A stretch of 63,465 nucleotides of DNA, counting the filler, from Cercozoa sp. M6MM (Eukaryota > Protista > Endomyxa: Ascetosporea): the NCBI GenBank assembly GCA_040357565.1. It is 15 parts of 15 records of this genome, joined end to end, with 100 filler letters (N's around TTAATTAATTAA, not from the genome) between each part and the next. Parts side by side here need not be neighbours in the genome. Positions count along the whole stretch, not along the records: positions 1 to 8,996 come from JBDODJ010000499.1; positions 9,097 to 10,585 come from JBDODJ010002014.1; positions 10,686 to 15,691 come from JBDODJ010000995.1; 12 more parts are not named here. One strand, written 5' to 3'. Below are positions 1 through 11,690 of the stretch, piece by piece. The translations under genes were made by a program, and so were the position numbers. Below the pieces are notes generated by a model. That model did no database searches. It had not been told where the DNA came from and saw only the letters and a list, made by a program, of their open reading frames with translations. Within the stretch, counting starts at the first letter, position 1. Each line of letters opens with the position of its first letter.

Positions 1-2728
1 TGTGTTCTCTATTAAGCTGATTTAGGTCGGTCGATTCAAATTATTAAGCAATTTATTAAAGAAATTCTAGGGTAGTTGTCGTCAATTTTGGAATTTTCCG
101 AGAACGTATATACGTTTATAACACGTTTTACTTGTAGTAGGTTCCCCACCGTTGTGAATCCGAGCTGCCCGATACTCACATCGGACCATGTCATGGCAGA
201 TGCGGTCGAAGCAGTCCACCGAATTGCGTGGGAGCCCACGTTCGACCTCGGCACCGCTATTTGCACGAAGGAGAGCGGCCAACTGGGTGATGGTGAGACG
301 CCGGTATGTTGCACGTTCATACCCACAGTGGTAAAGACCCGTGCAGATACACGCTCGAGCGGTGATTGAACCAAACCGCTCGAGCCACCGAATCCGAAGA
401 GTGTAAGCCCATTCGCCGATCGATGCGAGCTACTCGCTGGGGTTGTGAAAAGAAGGAACAAAGAGGATTTGAAATTACTGGAATCGCGTCACTCTGTTGG
501 GAGCACCTGCTCCTCCATCGTCGTTCTCCACGAGCAGTCCAGTCGCCGTGCAAAATGAGGCCAAGTTGCGCAACACGAGCGTGCTACCGGTCGCAGCGGG
601 TCTCACACGGAATCCGCTTGAAGTGGCGTATTCCACTCTGGCTCAAGACAAACATGAAAGGTATCAAGGAAATCGACGAATAATGGTGCAGTGAAAGACT
701 GTAAATACCTTGTGTGCTGAATATGAGCGTCGGAAGTGCCGATAGTGACAGTGTTCATCACGGAGGTTGCAGGATCTGTCTTCGTCACGACGACAGGAGC
801 GCCAGGTCTTCCGTAGAAACGCACCGTCGAACCGGAGTTAAAACCAGGAGCGCCGCTGGTCATAACCAAAGTAGCCCCAGCGCCGACACAAAACGTGCCT
901 CCACTGCTGACAGTGATGCTACTCGGGTACGTGCAGACAGTGTTTTCTGGAATCACGCAGACTTGCCCCGAAGTGACCGACAGGGAACCTGCTGGATTGC
1001 AGCACTCCTTGGCCGGGGTGTTCGTGAATCCACTGCAGTCCAGCACCGGCGAGCACATGTTGGTAGTGAGATCGCACAGACTGCACGAGCGAAGAAGTTA
1101 CATTAAAATTGACAGCCAAAGCGAACGAACTCACCCGGACTGGCACTGGAGGTCTTCGTTGCACAGTTGACCGCCAACCGCCATGCAAATACCAAGTACG
1201 CAAACGGCGTTGCTGCCACAGTCGCTGTCGACGGTACACCCCGCTCCGAAGACGCACACATTATTCTGGCACACGTGACCGATAGGGCAGGGCTCAGTGA
1301 TGGCACCTCCACACGGGTCCAGAGTGGAGGGAGGTGGCACCGTGCACTTACCCGTTGCAGGATCGCAAAAGCCACTGGCGCACTGCGCGGAAGAGACGCA
1401 AGAGGCTCCCCCAGGCAGCTTGCACAGACCACCGTCACACGTGGCAGGCGGTGTGCACGGCGTCGACGTGCAGTCCAAAGATGAACCCGCCTGCAAGGTA
1501 ATTTGAGCGACCTGAACAACCAGCTTACAATATAATGTTCGTGTTTTACCGGAATGCTGCATTCGCCAGCGATGCAGTCACTCCCAGGAAGGCAGTGACA
1601 AGTGAGAGTGCAGCCAGTGGCTCCGGGACCCAGCTTCATAGACAAAAAACCAAACACGTCCGATCGTTGACCTTGTGCTGTAAGTTAAAGCTACCAGACA
1701 CTTGCCGACAAGTGAAGTGTCGTCGATGGCACCGAACATATCATCAAGACTCCCGACCAACAGCACCATGCAAGTACCTTGACTGCAGTCGTCGTTGCAC
1801 AGGCACGGACTGTTGAACGGCACCGTCGCAGAGGGTGCGAGCGCACACACATTCGAGTCGCCGAGGTCGCGCATCTGATCGGCCGTCACATCGAAACCGT
1901 CCGACGGTGCCGTGCCAAACAAGGAGTCGGCCACGTCAACAAGACATGTGCTCGTACACATCAGGTCTGGGTCAATGCAGTCCGGATCACTGATGCACTC
2001 ACCACCGAGACCGTTGTCCAACGTCGGCGTCGGTGATGCGAACAGTGTCTTTGACAGTGCGGAACTAAGCTGTAGCTGCGGCACGCAGGCACTTTTGCCG
2101 GGATCGCAGTGCCCCAGCCAAAAGCGCGATGAACAAAGCGCTGTGTCGCCGTTGCCAATCTAGAGTAGAAAGGACCGTAAATTGAATTATTATCCTGCGG
2201 TGTCGGTTCTGCAAAGTACCACCATACCAAACAGGGCTTGTCCGAAGGGCAAAGACACCTAGCAGCCAGTTTGCCGCCGTGAAAGTATGCGGGCTCTCCA
2301 CAGCGTACTCCAAAGAACGAGTCCTGCAGTGGTAAAATTTAGATTAATCCCATTGCAGGTTAAGTTAGTAGAAAACTAAATTACTGGCTTGCAAATGAAA
2401 GGTGCTCCGTCCACAGTCATGCGCATCAGAATAGAGGAAGTTTCGGTGGTAGAGACACACCCGTTGTCTTTGTCGCACACACCCGAGCAGCAAACAGAGG
2501 GGTCGATTTGGCCGAGGTCATTTATACACTTTCCTATACAGGGTAAATTAACCCAGCAGATGAATTTTGAATAAAAATAAAATTATATTTGAATTTTTAC
2601 GAGAAAGGAAACTTAAAAGAGACACTACCTAGTTGAGTACAAGTTTGTCTCATGACGTCCAACGGCACCAAGTTATCGGCGAGCACGTGGGTAACTTGCG
2701 CAAAAAAAGCGAAAAGGAACGCAATCAT
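1..2728 (-). CDS. Secreted Cys-rich repeat protein with a probable beta-helix region (multi-exon, probably 3' partial)
   Basis: Spliced start MIAFLFAFFAQVTHVLA looks like a signal peptide. Many CxxDxDC/CxSGxC modules occur in ORFs 1131-1562 and 1578-2084, followed by T/V/G-rich beta-strand repeats (603-1058, 36-461). Short GT-AG introns. Confidence 0.65.
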
Positions 2729-3377
2729 CTCAACTGTCAGTTCAGTTGACGCAAGGGTCCGAGACTCTTGAATTCCCCCTTTGATCCTGCAAAAAACGGT
2801 TGCGAGTATAAATGGCGTTTAATACGTTGTCGAAGTTCAGTACAACCGCATTTTCCGCATTTTCCGCATTTTCCGCGTTCCCACATTTTCAAAAAGAAAA
2901 AATACAAAAAATCGTTTTCCGCATTTCCCCCCAGGGGGAAAGAAAAAAAAAAGGCCTTTCCCACCACGACGTACAGCCGATGCAAAAGATTCATGACCGT
3001 GCTTCAGCTCGTGAGCCGGAATCTGTAGGATACTGTCCAAGGAAAAAAGCCTAAATATGTCTGAAGTCGCCCGCCGTAAAAATGTCTGAAGTCCAACACG
3101 TCAAAAAAACTATGAAAAAGGAGCTGTTGTCTATCGATGGCGCTGCTGGCTGAGTTCTTGGAGCTCCTGTAAGTTTAAATTCACTATTTTTGTCACCCTT
3201 GCAGTCTTGTCGCTTTCTTAATGTGCTCGCAACCGCGACGGGTATCTGTTTCTGTGTCAGTTTCTCTGTGTCTGTCTGAAGCTTGTTTACACGATGCAAC
3301 GTTAATCGTACGCTAGAAAATATAAAATCATGAGTCGCCCACGCGTTTGCAATTGCCCAAGGTGGTTGTCAGTTGGA

Positions 3378-4603
3378 TCATCGCGAGGAGTTCTGCATAT
3401 GCTTCCACCATTCACTCGGATCGTGCGGGGTTTGTTGGTACTGCTGCTCGCTGTTTCGAAGGCGTGCCTGCTCTTGCTTGAGTCGAGCGTTCTCTGCGTT
3501 CATGTCTGTGATCACGGACTCACGTTCCTGTCGCTGCTGCTGAGCCAACTGTTCGGCAAGACGAACGGCTTGCATTCGAATTTCGTCGTCCCGTTTCTGG
3601 CGGTCCTGGTACTCTCGCAGTCGCATCTCCTTCTCCTCGATCTGCTGTCGCTGTGCCAGAACAAAGGTTGCGAGCTGCTCTCGCGAAAAGCCTTTGAAGA
3701 ACTCGCGTTGTCCCTGCCGCTCGCCCAAGGTCTGACCTCGTCCGATAGCGAGGAGCTCACTGTATTCGCAATGAGGAAATCATTATTGCCCAAAGTTGAT
3801 CAACAGTCAAGCCGAAATGGAAAGGAACCTCTGCTTCCAGTGTTCGATTTCGGCTGCGTCGAGACGAGATTCGAATTCATTTTGCGCCTGCGTGCGCTTT
3901 TGGACCTCATCGGCAAGTTTCAAATTGTAAGTTCGCACGTAATGCTGCTCGGCAGCTATAATCTCACGTCGTTGGAGATCGATCTGGACGGCCAGTTGGT
4001 CCATTTCAACGCGTTGCTTGTCGTCAGCCAATCGCTCTTCTTCCTCTTGCTCTTTCGCCTTCATCTTCTCGTTCATTTGCTCGAGTACCCATCGTCTGCA
4101 TCGACAAAACAAAAAACGTGAAAGTGAACTCTATATTATTTAAAAACTCACCGCTGCTGCTCGCGTTGACGGCGCTGCCGTTCCTGAAAAGATGCGTCTT
4201 CCCCTTCGAAAGGCATGTCGGGAAAGGGTTGCTTTTTAAGCCACTCGGGGTCGTTGAGATCGTAGCAGTCGCATTTTTCTGCCTCAGCTGCAAGTTTCGC
4301 GTTGATAGAAGCACAACGGAGCTTCTCTTCGTGTCGCATCTGAGAATGAAGCTTGTGCAGTTTCGTTGCTTCAGCTGCCATAGCCATGCGCTCGCGATCT
4401 GCTTGGATACGTTCTCTCGCCTCTAGCTGCTTGGCCGCTTCTTTTTCAGACACCTGAAATGCCAAGTCCGCAACGTGTACCCCGATAATGCGACCTTTTG
4501 GATCGCCAAGGATTCGTTCTTTGCGAGCTTCTTCGACAGCGCGCATCCGCGCAATCTTTGCATCCACAAAGTCCTGTTCCGGAGGCTGCGCGAAGAAAGA
4601 CAT
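3378..4603 (-). CDS. RIB43A-like axonemal microtubule inner protein (3 exons)
   Basis: Family motifs RILGDPKGRIIGV, YDLNDPEWLKK, FEGED..ERQRRQREQQRRWVLEQ and FKGFSREQ. Two GT-AG introns join ORFs 4148-4603, 3807-4112 and 3378-3728 in frame. Confidence 0.85.
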
Positions 4604-4856
4604 CTCGAGACCGTGAATTATGTGCTAGCTAGCGAGCTTTGTACGGATTAAGGGCCACCCCTGGCTTTAAAAGAGCACAAAACAAAACATATCGTCACAT
4701 CGAGAAACTCACGTGTCGACTAGAAACGCTGTGAACTGAACAGCTGACAGACAAATGGAGGATTAGCAAAAATGAAAGTAACTGACTCGGAAAATTCTAA
4801 AATTAGTCCTGAAACAGAATTTCTTAAAATGGCGTGTTAGTCACGACTGACGATAC

Positions 4857-7800
4857 TTATGAAGAAGGTTCCTTGGCTCGAATGCGATCAAGACGTCGCA
4901 CGATGGCAGCGAAGTCTGGTCGCTGCGAGGGCAGCTTGTGCCAGCACTCGCGCATGAGTTTGATGTACTCTATGAAAGCAGGATCGTCCTCCAGCACAGG
5001 TGGAATGTCTGGACGTAAGTTTTCGTTGACCACTTGCACGACCACTTGCATGAGTTCCAACTCCTGTCGTTGTTCATTTCATTGACATCATAAACCTGGG
5101 TTGAAAAGAAACTGGACTGCAATACCTCGTACGGTTCGAGTTCGCACAGGATTTCGTACATCACAATGGCAAAGGAGAACACATCGGATTTTTCGTCGTA
5201 ATTTTCACCCAGTAGAACTAAAAGGTGTACATCAAAATATCTGCATTGAAATATGTAGAGTACCCTCAGGCGCCATGAAAATGGGCGTGCCGACTTGAGT
5301 CATGCGACGTCCGCGACGCGACTGGAAGAAGCGAGAAAGACCGAAATCCGAGACCTTGGCAGTCCAGTCCTTCGCGAGCAGAATGTTGTCGCTCTTTAAG
5401 TCTCGGTGTAGAATCGGAGGATTGCACTGAAAGTGCAAGAACTCCATGGCCTGAGCAATTTCGTACACGATCTGCTTGCGTCGTCGCAAAGGCAATCTGC
5501 GACCAGAAATTAAAAAATCGGCGACACTGCCACGCTCGCAGAATTCTGTGATGATCGACAGCTGACTCGGGTCAGTGACGACACCGCGAAGCTTCACAAT
5601 GTTTGGGTGGTCGAGCTGCATCTGCAAGGCTCCTTCGCTGCAGAAAGCTTCCACAGCTGCTCCGGACATTGACTACAGAGCAGCACAGGTCCTATTATCA
5701 AGTTGAGGTGGCTGAATCGTGGCGACAAGATACCTGAGTAAACAACCGCTTTACTGCGACGAACTTATCGGGCTCAGAGGTCAGTCGAGCCTTCCACACG
5801 GAGCCATAGGAGCCCTCTCCAATCACTTCGATGAACTCCAAATCCGAAATGTTGATTTGGAACGACGACACTCCGACGTTGTGCACATTCATTTGATGCT
5901 TCTGTCGCAGATACGACGCTGCAGACCGATCGATTGGGCGCGCTTGTTCCTGTGTCTCTTTGAGAACTCGAGCGATCTGTTCCGACCGACTCAGCGAGAG
6001 ACCAGCTTGAGTGCAGAACGCACGAAGCAGCTTGATGTCTGGCAGAGTGAGTTTCTTCTTGTGCGTTTCGTTCTGCAAGGCAATGGCGCCAACACACTTT
6101 GCAGGTTCGTCGCTGTGTTCGCTGTCTCCTTCACTATCGCCTTCTTCAACATCAGTCGAACGAGGTATCGTGATCGGAACGATCGCAAAGTTGTCCAATG
6201 CAGCGCCTTGGATTGAGTCGACCTCGGGGTCAAAGCAAGCGTGCCGCTGAGCATCTCTTTCGCACACGATCTCGCGTCTTTCGCCGATGCAATGGCCTGC
6301 GATACCCTTCGCCAGTGAAAAAGAGAGGCGTGACTGGTCGTTTACGTCGTAAAAGTAGCCGGGAGAGCTGTCGTCCACCAGGAACAAGCGGTAGTGATCA
6401 GCTTTTACAAGGTCCTTGAGTTGCGAGAGCATCACTTGAAGAATGTTGCCACTGCGTGCTCCCATGCCGTGTGTCACACTAAGCAGGAACTTGAGTTCTC
6501 GGATCTGAAGGTATGCACTGTTGAGCGCCTTCTCCGTCGCTTCGAAAAGGTTGCAGTTTCCGATTGCCACTGCTGTTTGCGACGCAAAGGCGCGAACGAG
6601 AGAAACGTCTTCCCCGGAGAAATTAATCACCGTGTTTTTTTCGGACAACTTGTTGATCACTTGAATCACTGCGACTACGTCGCCATCATTGTCCATGATC
6701 GGCATGCACATCACCGATTTTGTTCGGAAGCCTGTCAAGCGGTCCATCTTGCGATTGAATCGGTCGTCCTTGTATGCGTCATCCACGACAAAGCAGCGCT
6801 TCTCCATCACCGCAACTCCGACGAGGCCGGACGATTTAGGGAAACGTATCTTGTCTATGCAGTTCAGTTGGCTAAAGAAGTCTGAGATGAAAGAATAATC
6901 GTAGAAACGATACCTTCAACGTCGCGTTTGATTGGCAATTCCATTCCGACACCGCAAGACATTGCGGAGGTGGTGAACAAGTCGGTTCCGTCGACGACAA
7001 ACAAGGTGGCACGTTCTGAGTTGAGTAGCTGCTGAACTTCAGTCACAATGACATGTGCCAGCGGTCCAATCTTCAGCTGCTGTCCCAGAGCACGCGAAAC
7101 CTTCAGTAAGCTACGCGACTGCATGGCAGCGTTCTTGGCGGTGGAGTACAACTGCGCATTCGACACAAAGGTGGCCAGGTGCGCTGCGAAAGCCGAGAGA
7201 ATCTGCTCGTCATTTTTGTTGAAACCTCGTCCAAGCAGTTCGTTTTTGTTGATCGCTTGGAGCACTCCAAGCACCGACTCATCCTGAAATTGCGACGCCA
7301 ACACCGGAACTGCCAGCATGTTGCGCGTCCTGAGATTCGTGTCATCGCTCAACCCTATCGATCAAAGATCCAAAAGCGTCGAATTTAAAGGTTCTGCACT
7401 TGGTTGGGACTGTACCTTTAAAATGTCGCTGGTCTTCAGCAACATTGTGAACGAAAATGCTTTTGCCAGTTTTGACGACCTCTCCAGCGATTCCAACGAT
7501 GGGAATCACAAATTCGTCTGCTTCGCCGAATGGAAGTTCCTCCACAGGCTGGTGTCCCGACAGCCAGTCGCCAAAGGAACGTTGCATGCCACGCGACTCA
7601 CCTCGCTTTGCCACAAGCTTTTGCTCGCCGTCTGGTTCGGCTTTGAGCAAGAAGAACGTCAGACGCTCGGCGCCCAGTAAGGTAGCCATTCGGTACAACG
7701 AGTGAGAGAACTGCACATTAAAGTCCAAGGCAGAGGACAGCTCTTTTACGATGTGATTCAGCGAGTTCAATGAGGTCACGGTCTGCTGCAAGCAGCTGAC

Positions 7801-8698
7801 TTCGGAACTGTTGAGAGACGACATGAGAACCGAACCGAGGTGAGTGCCAGCAAAAGCGCAAATCGCATCAGTAATGCTGAGTTTGTCTGGTGTGAAGTTG
7901 CGCTTTCTTCCCACCACCTCGAGCACAGCGACCACTTGGTCGCGCCAGCGAATGGGAAACACGGTGCCCTTGTTGCTTTCTTGTATTTCGCCTGTCTGCG
8001 CAGCTTTTGCCTTGCTTCCGGTGAAGTCGCTCTCTTCCAGATCTGACGACGAATGCAGACTGTTCTCCGTCACAAAGAAAACCTCGCATTTGTCGCATGA
8101 CAGCACATCTCTAACCGACGACTTCAACTGCACATCACGCCAAGGAATTTACCTTGACGATCGACATCGCATTAAATACGCAAAGTTATTTACGGTCGCC
8201 AAGAATTGACTGAGATTCTGACTGGAACAACTCTGCGCGAGTCGTTGAATGCAACCCATTAGCACCGGCTGTTCTTCGCCTTGTCTGGAATTCCGAAAAA
8301 GCTCCTATACAAATCAAGAACGGAAGCTCAAAAGGTTTGGTACCCCAGCTTCTCTGAGTGGCTCGATCGCCGGCTGCGAGAGGTAAGCCTGCCAAACGAC
8401 AGTGGCATCAGATTGTACTTGAGCACCTGTGAGCACCTTATGTGCCTGTGCAGTTCGATCGTAGAAGCAAAGGCCAAACTGAGCGTTTCTTTTCGGAGAA
8501 GATGAAAACAAGAGCAAAAAACTGGGACGCACTTTGCTGTTTGGCTGGATGAACGCAGACACGGACAAGATTCGGTGAAACTCACAGTGGAAGTCGATGC
8601 AGCTTGATGGCAGCAGACCCGCGTGCAGTCGTTTTTGAAAAACTAAAACAATTCTCGTACAGGCCTCGAGAAAGCTGCGACAGACCCGCTCGAACCAT
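4857..8698 (-). CDS. Tandem GAF-domain TKL/Raf-like protein kinase
   Basis: PDE-type GAF motifs (RTRNMLAVPV..LGVLQAINK; DRLTGFRTKSVMCMPI..VIQVINK) followed by kinase motifs GEGSYG, VAVK, HRDLKSDN, DFG, GTPIFMAPE and DVFSFA. Start codon uncertain. Confidence 0.9.
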
Positions 8699-8996
8699 CG
8701 CTGCGATGGTGAATGTGGGTATGTCCCGATTCGATTGGCGTTAAAAAATCCGACCGCTTTGTGGGCTTTCCTAACGTAAGTAATCCTAAGTTTCTTGACG
8801 GACCTAATTATTTGCCCTTGGGTGTCGTGTCTGGTATGCTGTTTACTTTTTCCGGCAAAGCAAAAACACGCAACAGTGAGAATCGGAGGGTATGGCGGGG
8901 TTTTTCGAGGCAAAATCAGAATTATAGAGAGGTTAAGGGAGGTAAGGGGGCTAAAAGGGGCAAGGGGGCTAAAAGGGAAACAGGGGGGGGGGGGGG

Positions 8997-9096
8997 NNNN
9001 NNNNNNNNNNNNNNNNNNNNNNNNNNNNNNNNNNNNNNNNTTAATTAATTAANNNNNNNNNNNNNNNNNNNNNNNNNNNNNNNNNNNNNNNNNNNN
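8997..9096. other. Artificial scaffold-joining linker (N-run + TTAATTAATTAA + N-run); 14 copies in the window
   Basis: The same six-frame-stop 12-mer flanked by Ns occurs near 9041, 10630, 15736, 17164, 21971, 23788, 25008, 33056, 34309, 42516, 45110, 52197, 59920 and 61946. Confidence 0.98.
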
Positions 9097-10549
9097 TGAA
9101 ATCGACGCCGCTGTGCAGATTTACCCCCCTCTTTACCCCCCTGGTTACCCCCCGGGGTACCCCCCCGGGGGGGGCGGGGGGGGGGGGCGGGGCGCCCCCC
9201 TTCCACCCCACACCCCCCCCCCCCCCCCCCCCCCCGTTGACCTCCCTGCCTACCTAGGTTCGCGACCGACGTAACGATGCACTTCGTCGATACCGCACTC
9301 GGCTGCTGCCATCTACATGGGGAGGTAAAGGGGGTCAACAGGGGGGTAACAGGGGGGTAAATAGGGGGGTAAACAGGGGTAAACAGGGGGGTAACAGGGG
9401 GGTTAACAGGGGGGTAAACAGGGGGGTAAACAGGGGGGTAAAAACGCGCACCAGGTACAGCAGCGGCTTGCACACCGACTGCAGACAGAACTTGGTGTCG
9501 ACGTCGCCTGTGCTCCAGCGCTGGCCGTCCACCTGACAGGGGTAAACAGGGGGGGGGGGTCATGGGGTCGAGGGGACCCCCGGGGCCACGGGGGGGGGTT
9601 AAAAGCTACCGTGCAAAGCGCGACGGCGAACTTGGTCGGATCGACATTGGCGAGTCGCGGAATCTGTCCACACCGGTCCATATGTCCAGTCCATATGTAC
9701 AGTTCATATGTACAGTCCATATGTACAGTCAATATGTACAGTCCATATGTACAGTTCATATGTACAGTTCATATGTACAGTCCATATGGACGGGACATAG
9801 AGTCCAACTGTACGTAGGTTGCGACTTTGCCACTCGTGATCACACTCGCTTCGTCCTAGGGGGGTGAACAGGGGGGTGAACAGGGGGTAAACAGGGGGGT
9901 AAGTAGGGGGTAAACAGGGGGGTAAACAGGGGGGTAAACAGGGGGGTAAACAAAGGGGGGGTAAACAGGGGGGTAAAACGCACCGCAATCTCCTGCAGGT
10001 GCTGCACGAAGTGCGGAAAGTTCGGCAGCACCAACTTGCCGCTGAAGGCGCGGTACAGCAGCGTCTTGGCTACGTCGGACACACATACAACAAGACGACG
10101 AGAAAAACAACAAAAACAACAAAAACAACAACAAGAAAAACAACAAAAAACAACAACAAGAAAACAACAAAACAAGAAAACAACAACAAGAAAAACAACG
10201 ATAGGGACGAAAAAACAAAACAAGAAAAACACAACAAAACGCAACAAAACAACAAGAAAAAACAACAAGAAAAAACAACAAGAAAAAACAAGAAAAAACA
10301 ACAAGAAAAAACAACAAGAAAAACAACAAGAAACCGTGCGCGTCCTCGACGAGACTGCTGAACTCCTCCGACGTCAACTCGCGTTTCCGACCGTCCTGCC
10401 ATGCCATGCCAGGTACAAATGGACCAGTCGGTACAAACGGACACTGCCAGTCCGCAGTCGGTACAAATGGACCGACCAGTTGGACCGACTCACCTTTAAC
10501 GCGATTCGCAGTCGCGCCAAACGCGGATCGTCTGGTCGCAGGCCGACGC
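9097..10549 (-). CDS. Glutaminase (internal fragment, about 8 exons)
   Basis: Spliced peptide GLRPDDPRL...AFSGKLVLPNF...SGKVATY/IPRLANVDPTKFAVALCT/VDGQRWSTGD..FCLQSVCKPLLY, including the catalytic S-x-x-K. Confidence 0.93.
9325..9976 (-). repeat. Intronic minisatellites (TTTACCCCCCTG)n and (ATATGTACAGTCC)n in glutaminase introns
   Basis: Arrays read directly at about 9325-9442, 9679-9790 and 9858-9976. Confidence 0.9.
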
Positions 10550-10685
10550 CTGGAGGAGGGTTAATAGGGGGGTAAATAGGGGGGGNNNNNNNNNNNNNNN
10601 NNNNNNNNNNNNNNNNNNNNNNNNNNNNNTTAATTAATTAANNNNNNNNNNNNNNNNNNNNNNNNNNNNNNNNNNNNNNNNNNNN

Positions 10686-11127
10686 ACATACATACATACA
10701 TACATACATACATACATACATACATACATACAGACATACATACATACATGCAGACATACATACATACATACATACATACATACATACATACATACATACA
10801 NNNNNNNNNNACATACATACATACATACATACATACATACATACATACATACATACATCATACATACACACTACACACATGATATTGATACACTAAAATA
10901 TACTTGATTCTCATACTAGCTAGCTTAAGTACTGCAACCGACCTGAACATGTGGGATGCGGAGTTTCTCGGCATACTCATCGTAAGAAATTCGAGGTCCT
11001 TTGAGGCAATTCGGAACGGGATAAAACCCCACCAGGCTTGACAAGTTAACGGAATTTGTATGTTGTGCCAGTATTGCGCCCACTTCACTTGCCCTGGGAC
11101 GGTTAAATTACAATATGTTTATCTACG

Positions 11128-11169
<42 letters not shown>

Positions 11170-11291
11170 NNNNNNNNNNNNNNNNNNNNNNNNNNNNNNN
11201 NNNNNNNNNNNNNNNNNNNNNNNNNNNNNNNNNNNNNNNNNNNNNNNNNNNNNNNNNNNNNNNNNNNNNACACACACACACACACACACAT

Positions 11292-11366
<75 letters not shown>
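10686..11366. repeat. (ACAT)n and (AC)n microsatellites with internal assembly gaps
   Basis: ACAT array at 10686-10866 and AC array at 11129-11366. Confidence 0.95.
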
Positions 11367-11368
<2 letters not shown>

Positions 11369-11690
11369 GCAAGTTTACAAGTTATGCAGACGACTAGACA
11401 TGTTATCCATGCCGATGGAAACCAACATAGGCTGTCGCAGCTGTGGGGTATACCAGAGTGTTCGAACGAGAACACCGGCCACAAACGCAAAGACACACAG
11501 CAGCAGCTTCGCCGAACTTTCTGATTTCTGCATTGTCCAATCACTTTGCACTTTCAATTACGAAAGCAAAGCTACTCGTGCATCGTCCGCACTGAGCAGA
11601 AAGAGAAACTCCAAACTAAACTGAAGAAACTCCGGGATTAAGACTCTGAACAGTAGATATCGCGCATAAGGTGTTTCCACAATACTGACG

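Noticed and set aside
3330-4121. 263-aa Leu-rich plus-strand ORF
   Set aside because: It is the antisense shadow of the E/Q/K-rich RIB43A coiled coil.
9041-9052. Recurring TTAATTAATTAA as a biological repeat or CRISPR-like unit
   Set aside because: It is always embedded in fixed-length N runs, so it is an artificial contig linker. Gene adjacency across linkers is meaningless.
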